From the IMG/VR virus record IMGVR_UViG_3300016478_000127, positions 1 through 38,308 of that record: a DNA stretch of 38,308 nucleotides; one strand, 5' to 3'. The position numbers were made by a program, and so were the translations under genes. The stretch is from a virus. Its lineage: Duplodnaviria; Caudoviricetes. Shown here one piece after another: positions 1-7,607 of the stretch. The notes below the pieces were generated by a model. That model did no database searches. It saw nothing but the letters and a program-made list of their open reading frames with translations, and was not told the DNA's origin. Numbering within the stretch: the first letter of the stretch is position 1; every line of letters starts with the position of its first letter.

Positions 1-254
1 TTCAGTAGAGAGGGGCTGCTTCTTACCAGAGGGGAGTAGGACAGCTCGAACTTGTTCTTGGGACAGACATGCAAAATGCCAATCTGAAATCCCAACTCCA
101 CAGAGCTGAACTCAACAACATCCCCAACCTCACCGGTTTGGAGAGCCAGAGCTACAGCTCTGGGCATAGCTGTATCCATCCACGCATAGTAGCGTGTCCA
201 GACTTTCTCTTTTTTCTTGCCTCGGAACAGCGAGGCCATGATCTTCCTAGTCAT
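1..254 (-). CDS. Hypothetical phage protein, runs off the window's left edge (MTRKIMASLFRGKKKEKVWTRYYAW...)
   Basis: Translated by hand; ATG at 254 preceded by GAGGT; frame stays open to position 1. Not in the ORF track because it has no stop in the window. Confidence 0.7.
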   Translation of the reverse strand, partial: MTRKIMASLFRGKKKEKVWTRYYAWMDTAMPRAVALALQTGEVGDVVEFSSVELGFQIGILHVCPKNKFELSYSPLVRSSPSLL

Positions 255-355
255 CGGTAATACCTCGTTAGCCCCTCGGCTTTATATAGCCGAATAGGGT
301 CATTTTTGGATTTTTAGTTTATCGGTCAGAACTTTGAGAGAACTTCTCAGGACTT

Positions 356-598
356 CTATTTCTGGAGCAGAAGAAGAGCACGTAGATGAACTGTTTCTTT
401 GTTTGGCATAGAAAGCCAACCCCAAGAATTACCCTCAAATAACACCAAGCGGTACGAAGTCCAGTAGTACTGATTAGGGGTCGAGGATTCGTGCATGGCT
501 AGCATGCGGTCATCCTTTTTGGACACTTCATCGAATGTCCTTATGGAAGTGCCGGTGTCGATCAGCACATCGTCCCGAAACAGGTACCGGCTGATCAT
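356..598 (-). CDS. Small hypothetical protein, member of the ~80-aa paralogue family
   Basis: ATGA overlap with the upstream gene; N-terminal YLFR, C-terminal LRALLLL. Confidence 0.75.
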   Translation of the reverse strand: MISRYLFRDDVLIDTGTSIRTFDEVSKKDDRMLAMHESSTPNQYYWTSYRLVLFEGNSWGWLSMPNKETVHLRALLLLQK

Positions 599-849
599 GT
601 TTGAAGCAGCAGGGCTGCCCTCAGCTGTGGCATCAAGTCGGGGTACTTGCGCTTGTCCACCTTGCGCCAGCAGTGTTTCTTAGTACCACACCAGAAGTAG
701 GCCCGGTACTTGCCCATGTAGCTCAGAGTGACCAACACATCGTCTGGCTGACCTTTGGAATGGAGGGTCATCGACAGGTTTAGGTTGGAATCCTCCGAGG
801 CTACGACCTCCAGGTTACGTAGGAGGTACTGCTTGTAGCGATAGTTCAT
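595..849 (-). CDS. Small hypothetical protein, member of the ~80-aa paralogue family
   Basis: GGAG RBS; YLLR...GQPDDVLV...PQLRAALLL. Confidence 0.75.
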   Translation of the reverse strand: MNYRYKQYLLRNLEVVASEDSNLNLSMTLHSKGQPDDVLVTLSYMGKYRAYFWCGTKKHCWRKVDKRKYPDLMPQLRAALLLQT

Positions 850-860
850 GACTGTCTCCG

Positions 861-1109
861 TCAGGTGTAGAGCAGAATTAAAACTTTGTACTCTTTGACC
901 TGCTGTTCAGTGAGAGTGATGCTCTGCCATGCAGTAGGGTCTTTAGGGCGGCTGTTCACCCAGTTGTAGGCCGTCAGCCATGCAGGGCCATCGTGTACCA
1001 GCACGTCACCGGGCTGGCCGAGATCATGTAGATGCCCTGCTCCCAAACCATTTGGATCGCAGTACTTATCTACAAGTACCTGATTTCTAAAGAGAAAATA
1101 TCCAGACAT
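861..1109 (-). CDS. Small hypothetical protein, member of the ~80-aa paralogue family
   Basis: GGGGGA RBS-like sequence; YFLFR...GQPGDVLV...EYKVLILL. Confidence 0.75.
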   Translation of the reverse strand: MSGYFLFRNQVLVDKYCDPNGLGAGHLHDLGQPGDVLVHDGPAWLTAYNWVNSRPKDPTAWQSITLTEQQVKEYKVLILLYT

Positions 1110-1190
1110 GACTGTCTACATCCCCCGGGCCTCCGGCCCGCTGACGAATGGTTGTGCCTCAACTGGAGGCTCCATGGTTAAAATCATCAG

Positions 1191-1205
1191 GCGCCCGGAG
1201 GGCGC
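1191..1205 (-). promoter_or_regulatory. Variant GGA-loop hairpin (GCGCCC-GGA-GGGCGC), possible vRNAP promoter
   Basis: Perfect 6-bp stem with a GGA loop on the template strand, just downstream of a terminator like the early promoters; lacks their CC...CCA flank. Confidence 0.4.
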
Positions 1206-1219
1206 ATCAGCCTACTGAG

Positions 1220-1252
1220 AAAAAATGAGACCACCCCCGAAGGGGTGGCTCA
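1220..1252 (-). terminator. Rho-independent terminator with cUUCGg loop
   Basis: Minus strand TGAGCCACCCC-TTCG-GGGGTGGTCTCA followed by a T run. Confidence 0.85.
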
Positions 1253-1272
1253 CACACTGCCCGGAGGGCAGC

Positions 1273-1431
1273 TCAATTCTTTCTCAAAGACTCAACTGCC
1301 TTCTGTAGTTCATCCCGAGTAAGCAGTGGAAAACGCCTCTTGAGGTAGACCTTCAAAGAAGATTTGTCCTTGCCTGAAGGTAAGCGAATCCACTCTCGGA
1401 TGGCTTTGTCTACCTGCTTAACTGAGTGCAT
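1273..1431 (-). CDS. Small basic hypothetical protein, 52 aa (MHSVKQVDKAIREWIRLPSGKDKSSLKVYLKRRFPLLTRDELQKAVESLRKN)
   Basis: Hand-translated; GGGGA RBS; start overlaps the end of RNAP2 exon 2; fills the gap up to the terminator. Confidence 0.55.
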   Translation of the reverse strand: MHSVKQVDKAIREWIRLPSGKDKSSLKVYLKRRFPLLTRDELQKAVESLRKN

Positions 1432-1602
1432 AGTTGCTTCCCCGGATGTACTTCGACAGGTCGGAACTCAGCTTCTCGTACTTGCCCGGAGACTGGTGCA
1501 GCTGGCTCATGATGTCGGTGAGAATCTCCGAATCAGCCAACTCAGCCAGAATCTCCTTGTACCAGTAGCGAACGGTGTTGCAGTTGTTCGGGTGAGATGC
1601 AA
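1418..1602 (-). CDS. RNA polymerase II subunit 2 (N4 gp16-like), exon 2
   Basis: After splicing reads FASHPNNCNTVRYWYKEILAELADS...YIRGSNYALS*, resembling the C-terminus of N4-like RNAP2; in frame with exon 1 (1051+185 nt = 411 aa + stop). Confidence 0.9.
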
Positions 1603-2581
1603 CATGATCTTAATACTGGCGTTACCCAGTACCTGCTACTTTCCATGGTTCTCATGAAAAGCGTAATACGCATCAGCAGTTTTCCTGGCTTTCATTGCTT
1701 CCTCTACGGTATCGAATACACCTAGGTGTTTCTGAGTTCCGTTGATCGTAATGTAAGCCCTGAATTTGCCTGTAGATTTGATCTGGTTGACTCCATTGAC
1801 CCTACTCACGCTGTTCTTAGATAGTGAGCAATTTTTGATATTTTCCTGATTGGAAACTTCTCTAAGATTGTCCCATCTGTTGTTCAGCTTGTTATGGTCT
1901 TTGTGGTCTATGTACGTAGGGAACCTCCCCGTCATGTACATCCAGATCAGCCTATGGACTAGGTAAGTCGTGCCGAACACGCTTGCCTCTCTGTATCCAT
2001 GTGACGAGCCTACGCTACCAATTTCATCCCCAACCTTTCGTTGGTGCTGCGGTAGCCTGACGGACATGCTTCCCGTCTCGGGATCGTATATGAACAGCTT
2101 TTGTAGAATTTCCTGGGTTAATTCCCGTGGTTCGGCGCTTTTACACGCTTTACACAGATGCCCCAATCTGGATTTTTTAGCATCGTAGTAGTCCGTTGAG
2201 TACTCGGAGCTACACTCTGCACACCTACAAATTGCTTTTCTGCGGCCATCTCTGCGAATTACATCAAGCATGTACATACCTTTCATGGGTTTGGAACATC
2301 CCCCAATTATATACATGTTTGGAGCAGTCTCCAACTTTCGTTGAAGGATGGGACTATATCTTCACCCTCAGAAATCTGGTGGGGTGTAGGGCATTTCGGT
2401 GGGGACTTCCCTCACCTACGGACTTCATCTCCCGGTCTGGGAGGTATGTCCTAGTCTCTGAACCTTCCAAGGGATTCCTCCCGAGGCTTGGCTGCTGATT
2501 GGCATAGGCTTTCGCCCTTAGCTTTCCAGCAATTAACCCTATTGTCCTCTACCCATTACGGGGTAGCGTCGCAAGCTATTT
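1603..2581 (-). mobile_element. Group I self-splicing intron (IA-like), 979 nt, with endonuclease ORF in the P9 region
   Basis: P AAUUGCUGGAAA (2523-2534), Q AAUCAGCAG (2492-2500), R GUUCAGAGACUAG (2451-2463), S AAGAUAUAGUCC (2351-2362); P1 UCGU|A pairs with UGCGA giving U.G at the splice site; terminal G at 1603; GNRA loops in P2, P5 and P9. Confidence 0.93.
1636..2316 (-). CDS. Intron-encoded HNH homing endonuclease with N-terminal Cys cluster and C-terminal AP2-like DNA-binding domain (start may be 2316 or 2286)
   Basis: VHRLIW...IDHKDHNKLNNRWDNLREVSNQEN HNH motif; GVNQIKSTGKFRAYITINGTQKHLGVFDTVEEA AP2-like; CRCAEC...CKAC. Confidence 0.9.
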   Translation of the reverse strand: MYIIGGCSKPMKGMYMLDVIRRDGRRKAICRCAECSSEYSTDYYDAKKSRLGHLCKACKSAEPRELTQEILQKLFIYDPETGSMSVRLPQHQRKVGDEIGSVGSSHGYREASVFGTTYLVHRLIWMYMTGRFPTYIDHKDHNKLNNRWDNLREVSNQENIKNCSLSKNSVSRVNGVNQIKSTGKFRAYITINGTQKHLGVFDTVEEAMKARKTADAYYAFHENHGK

Positions 2582-3632
2582 ACGAGTCATGGATGGTGAC
2601 GACCGGGAATGCCTTGTAGGTACTCATGGTCACGACCATACGCTTCAGAGCAGCTAGCAGATCGTCTGGCAGGGAAGCTACGGTCTCAGCATTCAACCAT
2701 GGCAGGATCGCTGCGGTTGGTTGTTTGCTACGTTCCCACTGCTCAACGAAGTAGTTCACTTCATCGCTGGTGGGTACGGGCTGCTTGGCGTTGAACTTAC
2801 GTTCCATCAGCTCACCAGTCAGCCAGTCCTCGATACCTGCAAGGTTCAAACCCTTGTGGTTACAGCGACGAACCATCTCCCGAAGGATGAAGGCGTCAAT
2901 GCTGTGCACCACGTTGGCCACATTGGACAAGCCCTTCTTGCTGCCTTGGTTCACGTAGTACTCATAGGTGAAGCTGGCATGATCCAGCTCATCTACTTCG
3001 ATACGTGTCTCCTCCCTCTGCATAACCTTGACGCGAGCGTCGAAGCCATCAGGTAGCTTCCAAGCATGAACCAGGGCATAGGGTTGCCATGTATCCAGCA
3101 GCTCTTGCAGCAGCTCATAGGCACCTGGAGCCATCTCCATGCACGCCCGATAGAACGCAGCCAGCTCTTGGGTATCCTCACCGAAGATGATCTTCGGTTG
3201 CTCTTTCGAGCCGTAGTACGAGGTCATCAGGGCTGCCTTAGCATCCTTACGGGTTACGTTGAAATCGTTGCCGAGGATCACCTGCATACGCTGGGTTTGC
3301 TCGGTGTAGGCGTCAGCACGGCGGTTAGGATCGACTAAGCCAGTGGCACGAGCACCGCTCAAACAGCCGGTGATTGCACTCATGATTTGCATGCCTGAGC
3401 ACACAGCATCTAGAGCAACCAGATGGCCAGTCGGAATACCTTTCTGAGCCTTACGGATAGCAGCCACGGACTTCATGTACAGGTAGGCACTTTCTGCCTT
3501 GTCAGTCAGGGATTCCAACTGATCAAGGTTGGTACGGCCCCAACCAATGCGTGCTTCAAATGTCAGCTTGTCCAAACCGAAATGGTTTGCGGCATCAATG
3601 AGGAGGTACTCAAATCCAGTAAAAGTCAGCAT
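2582..3632 (-). CDS. RNA polymerase II subunit 2 (N4 gp16-like), exon 1
   Basis: T7-type motifs: A LDAVCSGMQ, B RKDAKAALMTSYYGS, ANVVHSIDA, ends at motif C TIHDS; ATG 3632 follows AGGAAG. Confidence 0.92.
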
Positions 3633-3657
3633 GTGATTCTTCCTATAAATCAATGGG

Positions 3658-3882
3658 TTAGTCAGGGTATGCAGCCACAAGCAAAAGCACTTGGGCACGG
3701 TAGATTTCAGGGACACCCTCAGCCATGTAGTTGATCCAGTTGCCCGACTTAGGGTCGAGCACCGCCCACACATCGGTCTTGGAGTTGTACATATAGCTGA
3801 GGGGTTCAATAGCACGGCCTTGGTTCATCCATGCGTCACCGATCTCAACTTCTTTTTCAGGTTGGAAGAGAAAGAAGGTCAT
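3658..3882 (-). CDS. Small hypothetical protein, member of the ~80-aa paralogue family
   Basis: ATGA overlap; FFLFQ...W...VPEIYRAQVLLL. Confidence 0.75.
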   Translation of the reverse strand: MTFFLFQPEKEVEIGDAWMNQGRAIEPLSYMYNSKTDVWAVLDPKSGNWINYMAEGVPEIYRAQVLLLVAAYPD

Positions 3883-4250
3883 GGCTGTACATGCTCCACT
3901 GCTTGGAAGACTTCAGCACGAGCCTGAGAGTCTTCTTCTGGTTCCGCTTCAGGAGAACTCCAGAGCGGGTTTTGCATGACACCACGCAGCCACAGAGCTG
4001 TGCTGTGATTCAGGTTGATGCTGACTGGTGGTCTGGCCACACTCAGGGTCTCGCCCTTGGTGATGTACAGCAGCAGTTCACGCAGGCCGAAGCCTTGTTT
4101 CTGGCTGCCTCGGCAAATCCACTTGCCAGTGGTAGGCCACACATCGACATAGCCTACTGGGCCTTCGACGATAAGGTGCATGCCCTCATTCTTCACGGTG
4201 AAACCAATGAGGTGATTGATTAGTGCATCTTGGTACTGTTGGGTATTCAT
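3879..4250 (-). CDS. Hypothetical phage protein
   Basis: AAGGA RBS; operon position between the RNAP subunit genes. Confidence 0.75.
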   Translation of the reverse strand: MNTQQYQDALINHLIGFTVKNEGMHLIVEGPVGYVDVWPTTGKWICRGSQKQGFGLRELLLYITKGETLSVARPPVSINLNHSTALWLRGVMQNPLWSSPEAEPEEDSQARAEVFQAVEHVQP

Positions 4251-4261
4251 GGTGTATTTCC

Positions 4262-4492
4262 TTATAGGTCGTCAATGTTCATCAAGAGCTGGAAAGCCTT
4301 GATTTCGTTGGGAATATCACTGTCGTTGAGGGGTATAAGACTTCCCCATGCGCTGTAGTACCAGACCTTGCTGTTGGTCAGGTACACATAGGCATTGAAG
4401 AGGTCTTCAGGCATCAACTTTCGCCACTGAGGACGGGTGTATTTGCCCTTGAGTACCCCTCCTTGAAACAGAACATAGTGGGGTTCTTGCAT
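4262..4492 (-). CDS. Small hypothetical protein, member of the ~80-aa paralogue family
   Basis: TGATG coupling; YVLFQ...W...IPNEIKAFQLL. Confidence 0.75.
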   Translation of the reverse strand: MQEPHYVLFQGGVLKGKYTRPQWRKLMPEDLFNAYVYLTNSKVWYYSAWGSLIPLNDSDIPNEIKAFQLLMNIDDL

Positions 4493-4752
4493 CAGACACC
4501 TTGATAGAGCAGTAGGTGAAGGGATCGGATGTCAGCAGGTACTTCGATTTCACCAATGATGCTGGTAACTCCTGCGTTCTTGTCATAGCCAATCCATGGT
4601 GAGGTGAACTGGTAACTCGGGGCATAGCACCAATGTTTCTCTGCTCCGGATGTCATGCAGGCATGGATCATGCCGCGATAATCGTCGATCCTGTGCCTAA
4701 GTTTCCCGTTCTCGTCATACCAGTAGAGGTATTCCAGACTGGTGAACATCAC
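4492..4752 (-). CDS. Small hypothetical protein, member of the ~80-aa paralogue family
   Basis: Overlaps the RNAP1 stop; C-terminal VPADIRSLHLLL. Confidence 0.7.
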   Translation of the reverse strand: MMFTSLEYLYWYDENGKLRHRIDDYRGMIHACMTSGAEKHWCYAPSYQFTSPWIGYDKNAGVTSIIGEIEVPADIRSLHLLLYQGV

Positions 4753-5645
4753 ACGCCCTCCACGATCTCCTCGTCAGCCAGTTCCACCATTGCTTTTTGA
4801 TAGGCGATTCCCTGTGTTTGGATGTGATAGCCGACTGAGTACAGACGGCCACGCTTGTCCACCTTGTTGGTGAGGTAGAACTTGTTGCCCTGATTGATCA
4901 TCAGCAGCCAGACGCGATGACTCGCGTACTTGAAGGCTTCCCACTGCTCTCGTTGCTCAGGGGTGACGATCTCGAAGTTGGGTAGCATCTCTTGCTCACG
5001 TAGGAAGTCCACGTTGAGCTTGAGCGGGATGCTGTTCTGAAGGTTGATCACATCAAGGCAGATGTCACCTTCATGGTGGTTGCCATTACCCAGAATCAGG
5101 CTGTCGTTATAGGTCAGGTACCCACACTTGCGGTTGTGATCCACATACTCCGGTGGACACACCATGGGCAGCTGAAACGTGGTGTTGTCGATAAACTCCA
5201 GCAGTTTCTGGCTCAGTGGAATCCGGCTGACGATCATCAGGGATGCCTGACGGCTCTCCTTGGTGATGTCGAACAGATCGGTCTCGCATAGCACGGCCAG
5301 TATTTCAGCCATGGTGGCAATAGCCTCCGGCTTGTCACTGAACTGGACTCTGCCAGCCAGCTGAGCACTCACTGAGGTGAACAGCTCAGGCTTCTGTACA
5401 TAGGCAATGCCCTGCATGATCTTGGTGACAAGTTCATACAGATCAAGATCATCCAGTTGATCGACACGCTTCTGTTTCGAGGCGTAGAACTCTTGATTCC
5501 GCCATTCTTCCAGTAGAGACACTCCATGAGAGATGGCTTTCTGCATTTCATTTGTCTGAAGCGCATCGAGGATATATCCATCAATGTGCTTGCGACTGAA
5601 GCTGTGCTCATTGGCCAACTGTATGTCTCTGGGGAGCATTTTCAT
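4749..5645 (-). CDS. RNA polymerase II subunit 1 (N4 gp15-like)
   Basis: PMVCPP and DKRGRLY (DxRGRxY) motifs, ~300 aa, upstream of subunit 2. Confidence 0.9.
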   Translation of the reverse strand: MKMLPRDIQLANEHSFSRKHIDGYILDALQTNEMQKAISHGVSLLEEWRNQEFYASKQKRVDQLDDLDLYELVTKIMQGIAYVQKPELFTSVSAQLAGRVQFSDKPEAIATMAEILAVLCETDLFDITKESRQASLMIVSRIPLSQKLLEFIDNTTFQLPMVCPPEYVDHNRKCGYLTYNDSLILGNGNHHEGDICLDVINLQNSIPLKLNVDFLREQEMLPNFEIVTPEQREQWEAFKYASHRVWLLMINQGNKFYLTNKVDKRGRLYSVGYHIQTQGIAYQKAMVELADEEIVEGV

Positions 5646-5705
5646 GGTAAGGGCTTCCTATGGTGGTGGTTTGAGAGGGCTGTGAACCCTCTCTAAGTGC
5701 GGGAT

Positions 5706-6203
5706 TTACTCGATTGGCTTAGCTAAGAAGTCCCTGAAACGAGCAATGGACTCCTTGGCTTCTACCAGTGCCTGTCCGTAGCTGATTTGGACTGGTTCGT
5801 CTTCAGCTTCATCATGGAACGGTACCACCTCACCAGTGGTGATGTAGTGGCGCCATCCCTTGGGCAGACGGACATTGGACAAACCCAGTGCACCACGGAA
5901 TAGCGGTGCAATCTCTTCGTCCTTGAAGCCTGCCAATCCGCATCCCACACGAGTGACACGGAATGTCAGATCAGGACGGCTTTGGGCGAAGCTGATGAAC
6001 TCATCCACATGCTTGCCAATGTCTTTCAAGGGCATGAAGCTGATGTTCACCCCCTTGGTTGGCAGAGCATAGCTGGAGCCTTGCAAGCCAATGCCTTGGC
6101 CCATGATTGCTCCGTGATGCAACCGGGCATAGCGAGCTGCCCCTGCACCATGCCGTCCACTCAAATTGCTCCCGAAGACGAATATCTCTTTGTTCTGGTT
6201 CAT
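5706..6203 (-). CDS. Macrodomain-like phage protein (IFVFGSN..GxHGxGAA family)
   Basis: IFVFGSNLSGRHGAGAA, SYALPTK and TRVGCGLAG resemble macrodomain ADP-ribose-binding loops. Confidence 0.7.
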   Translation of the reverse strand: MNQNKEIFVFGSNLSGRHGAGAARYARLHHGAIMGQGIGLQGSSYALPTKGVNISFMPLKDIGKHVDEFISFAQSRPDLTFRVTRVGCGLAGFKDEEIAPLFRGALGLSNVRLPKGWRHYITTGEVVPFHDEAEDEPVQISYGQALVEAKESIARFRDFLAKPIE

Positions 6204-6206
6204 GGT

Positions 6207-6524
6207 TCAGTCCTCTTGATGAATTTGGGGTTGAAGAACGATTTCAACGATTTCCATGTCCTCGCGTTTGCGATTGGGCACGGGAACAACGGTGTAGCCG
6301 ACGCAGTACTTGTACATGTCATCCCATTCCCATTCACCCTCGTGTTTGCCTTTCAGCCAACTGGTGAGTGCGGCTTTCGCTGCACGTTCAGAGGGAAACA
6401 GTCGTGGGTGAGTTTCTTTCGGATCAACAGGATCAACGAACGATCCTCCCCGCCCTGAGTGCCCTTTCGGGCTGGGCAGGTAGTGATTGGTGGGTTTATG
6501 CCGTATGGCCCACATGGATTTCAT
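6207..6524 (-). CDS. Hypothetical phage protein (MKSMWAIRHKPTNHYLP...)
   Basis: GAGGA RBS and TGATG coupling favour a start at 6524 rather than 6578. Confidence 0.75.
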   Translation of the reverse strand: MKSMWAIRHKPTNHYLPSPKGHSGRGGSFVDPVDPKETHPRLFPSERAAKAALTSWLKGKHEGEWEWDDMYKYCVGYTVVPVPNRKREDMEIVEIVLQPQIHQED

Positions 6525-7075
6525 CAGATATTCCTCAGTGAGAAGTGGATACGTTCGGCATGGGAAGCCATGTCCCATGTGATTTTGGTGCCACCGTCTG
6601 CGGGTACATCCCCTCGACCGAAGGTGAAGGCCATCAAGTGATCACACTCAGCAGCCACCAGCATGTTGCGCTCGAACATGGCGGCGTAGCCTCGTGCCAC
6701 TGGCTGAATGGTGTAGGACACACCGCGTTCGATGCAGTCTGCTACCTGTGCCAGTGTATCGAAGGCCCGACCACCCATAGCTAGGCTGAATTTCTCGTGG
6801 TAGTAGTTGGCTGCACCACCACTGGTTCCGAAGTCACCTAGGTATTTGCCATACCACATGGGTGCTGGCAGATGCAGGCTCAAGCTGTGCACCAGTCCCA
6901 TACGGAATGCCCACACTGCTACGTGGTCAGCCCATGCTGCACCACCTGAGATCAGGTGATCATCTGGCTCAAGCTCAGCCTTGACTATGTTGCACATGAA
7001 GTCCCAATGCTTGGCACTGAGCGGAAAGTTCTTGTCGCGTCCAGCTGTACCGATAATGGCAATCTTGCGTCCCAT
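6524..7075 (-). CDS. SLOG-superfamily (YspA/DprA-like) nucleotide-binding protein
   Basis: IAIIGTAGR, LISGGAAWAD, ERNMLVA..CDHLMAF and GGTKIT motifs; GAGGA RBS. Confidence 0.75.
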   Translation of the reverse strand: MGRKIAIIGTAGRDKNFPLSAKHWDFMCNIVKAELEPDDHLISGGAAWADHVAVWAFRMGLVHSLSLHLPAPMWYGKYLGDFGTSGGAANYYHEKFSLAMGGRAFDTLAQVADCIERGVSYTIQPVARGYAAMFERNMLVAAECDHLMAFTFGRGDVPADGGTKITWDMASHAERIHFSLRNI

Positions 7076-7116
7076 AGCTGCTTCCTCTGTTTGTATGTTT
7101 GGCTCGGATCAAGCCA

Positions 7117-7136
7117 CCCAACCAAACGCGGAGCGT
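7117..7136 (-). promoter_or_regulatory. Virion RNAP hairpin promoter
   Basis: Template-strand CCCAACCAA-ACGC-GGA-GCGT; GC-GGA-GC core as in N4 early promoters. Confidence 0.8.
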
Positions 7137-7202
7137 CTGATACTGAAGGTTACTGTTTCGGGGCTTTTGCTTTGTGTAATTGGGAACCGACAAGCAGCAC
7201 AG

Positions 7203-7235
7203 AAAAAAAGCACACCACCCCGAAGGGTGGTATGC
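7203..7235 (-). terminator. Rho-independent terminator, cUUCGg loop
   Basis: GCATACCACCC-TTCG-GGGTGGTGTGC-T7 on the minus strand. Confidence 0.85.
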
Positions 7236-7241
7236 ACGGTC

Positions 7242-7514
7242 TTACCAGCCGAGGTCGCTGGCTTTGACCTCTTTGTCGGTCAGCTCGAAGGTGAAGCTGA
7301 CGTTCTCTGCGAAGGCATCGAGGCCGCCTTCTTGTTGCAGGCGCTCGATGAGCATGCGCTCAAACGCTTTGCTTTCCTTCAGAGGAATGCCGATCAGCTT
7401 GCGACGATTGCCTTCACCCGTAGCAACGTAAACGTTGATAAAGGCTTGAGCCTTCCAGTTTTCGTTCTGCTCGGACTGTTGGTTACGAGCGTTGGATTGA
7501 TTCTTGAAAGCCAT
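7242..7514 (-). CDS. Probable N4 gp2-like ssDNA-binding activator of middle transcription
   Basis: WKAQAFINVYV...RRKLIGIPL segment, acidic tail ending in W, own vRNAP promoter, AGGAGA RBS; family call is from memory and synteny. Confidence 0.55.
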   Translation of the reverse strand: MAFKNQSNARNQQSEQNENWKAQAFINVYVATGEGNRRKLIGIPLKESKAFERMLIERLQQEGGLDAFAENVSFTFELTDKEVKASDLGW

Positions 7515-7544
7515 GGTGAATCTCCTATGGTGGTGGCTTGATTG

Positions 7545-7564
7545 CCATCCCAAGCGCGGAGCGC
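7545..7564 (-). promoter_or_regulatory. Virion RNAP hairpin promoter
   Basis: CCATCCCAA-GCGC-GGA-GCGC. Confidence 0.85.
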
Positions 7565-7577
7565 GCTTTTGATCTTG

Positions 7578-7607
7578 AAAAAACAATAAGCCCCGAAGGG
7601 CTTATTG
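7578..7607 (-). terminator. Rho-independent terminator, cUUCGg loop
   Basis: CAATAAGCCC-TTCG-GGGCTTATTG-T6. Confidence 0.85.

Noticed and set aside
2580-3815. ORF-track 411-aa RNAP2 call, or a truncated pseudogene
   Set aside because: The first 61 aa overlap another gene and the RBS supports ATG 3632; the early stop is explained by the intron
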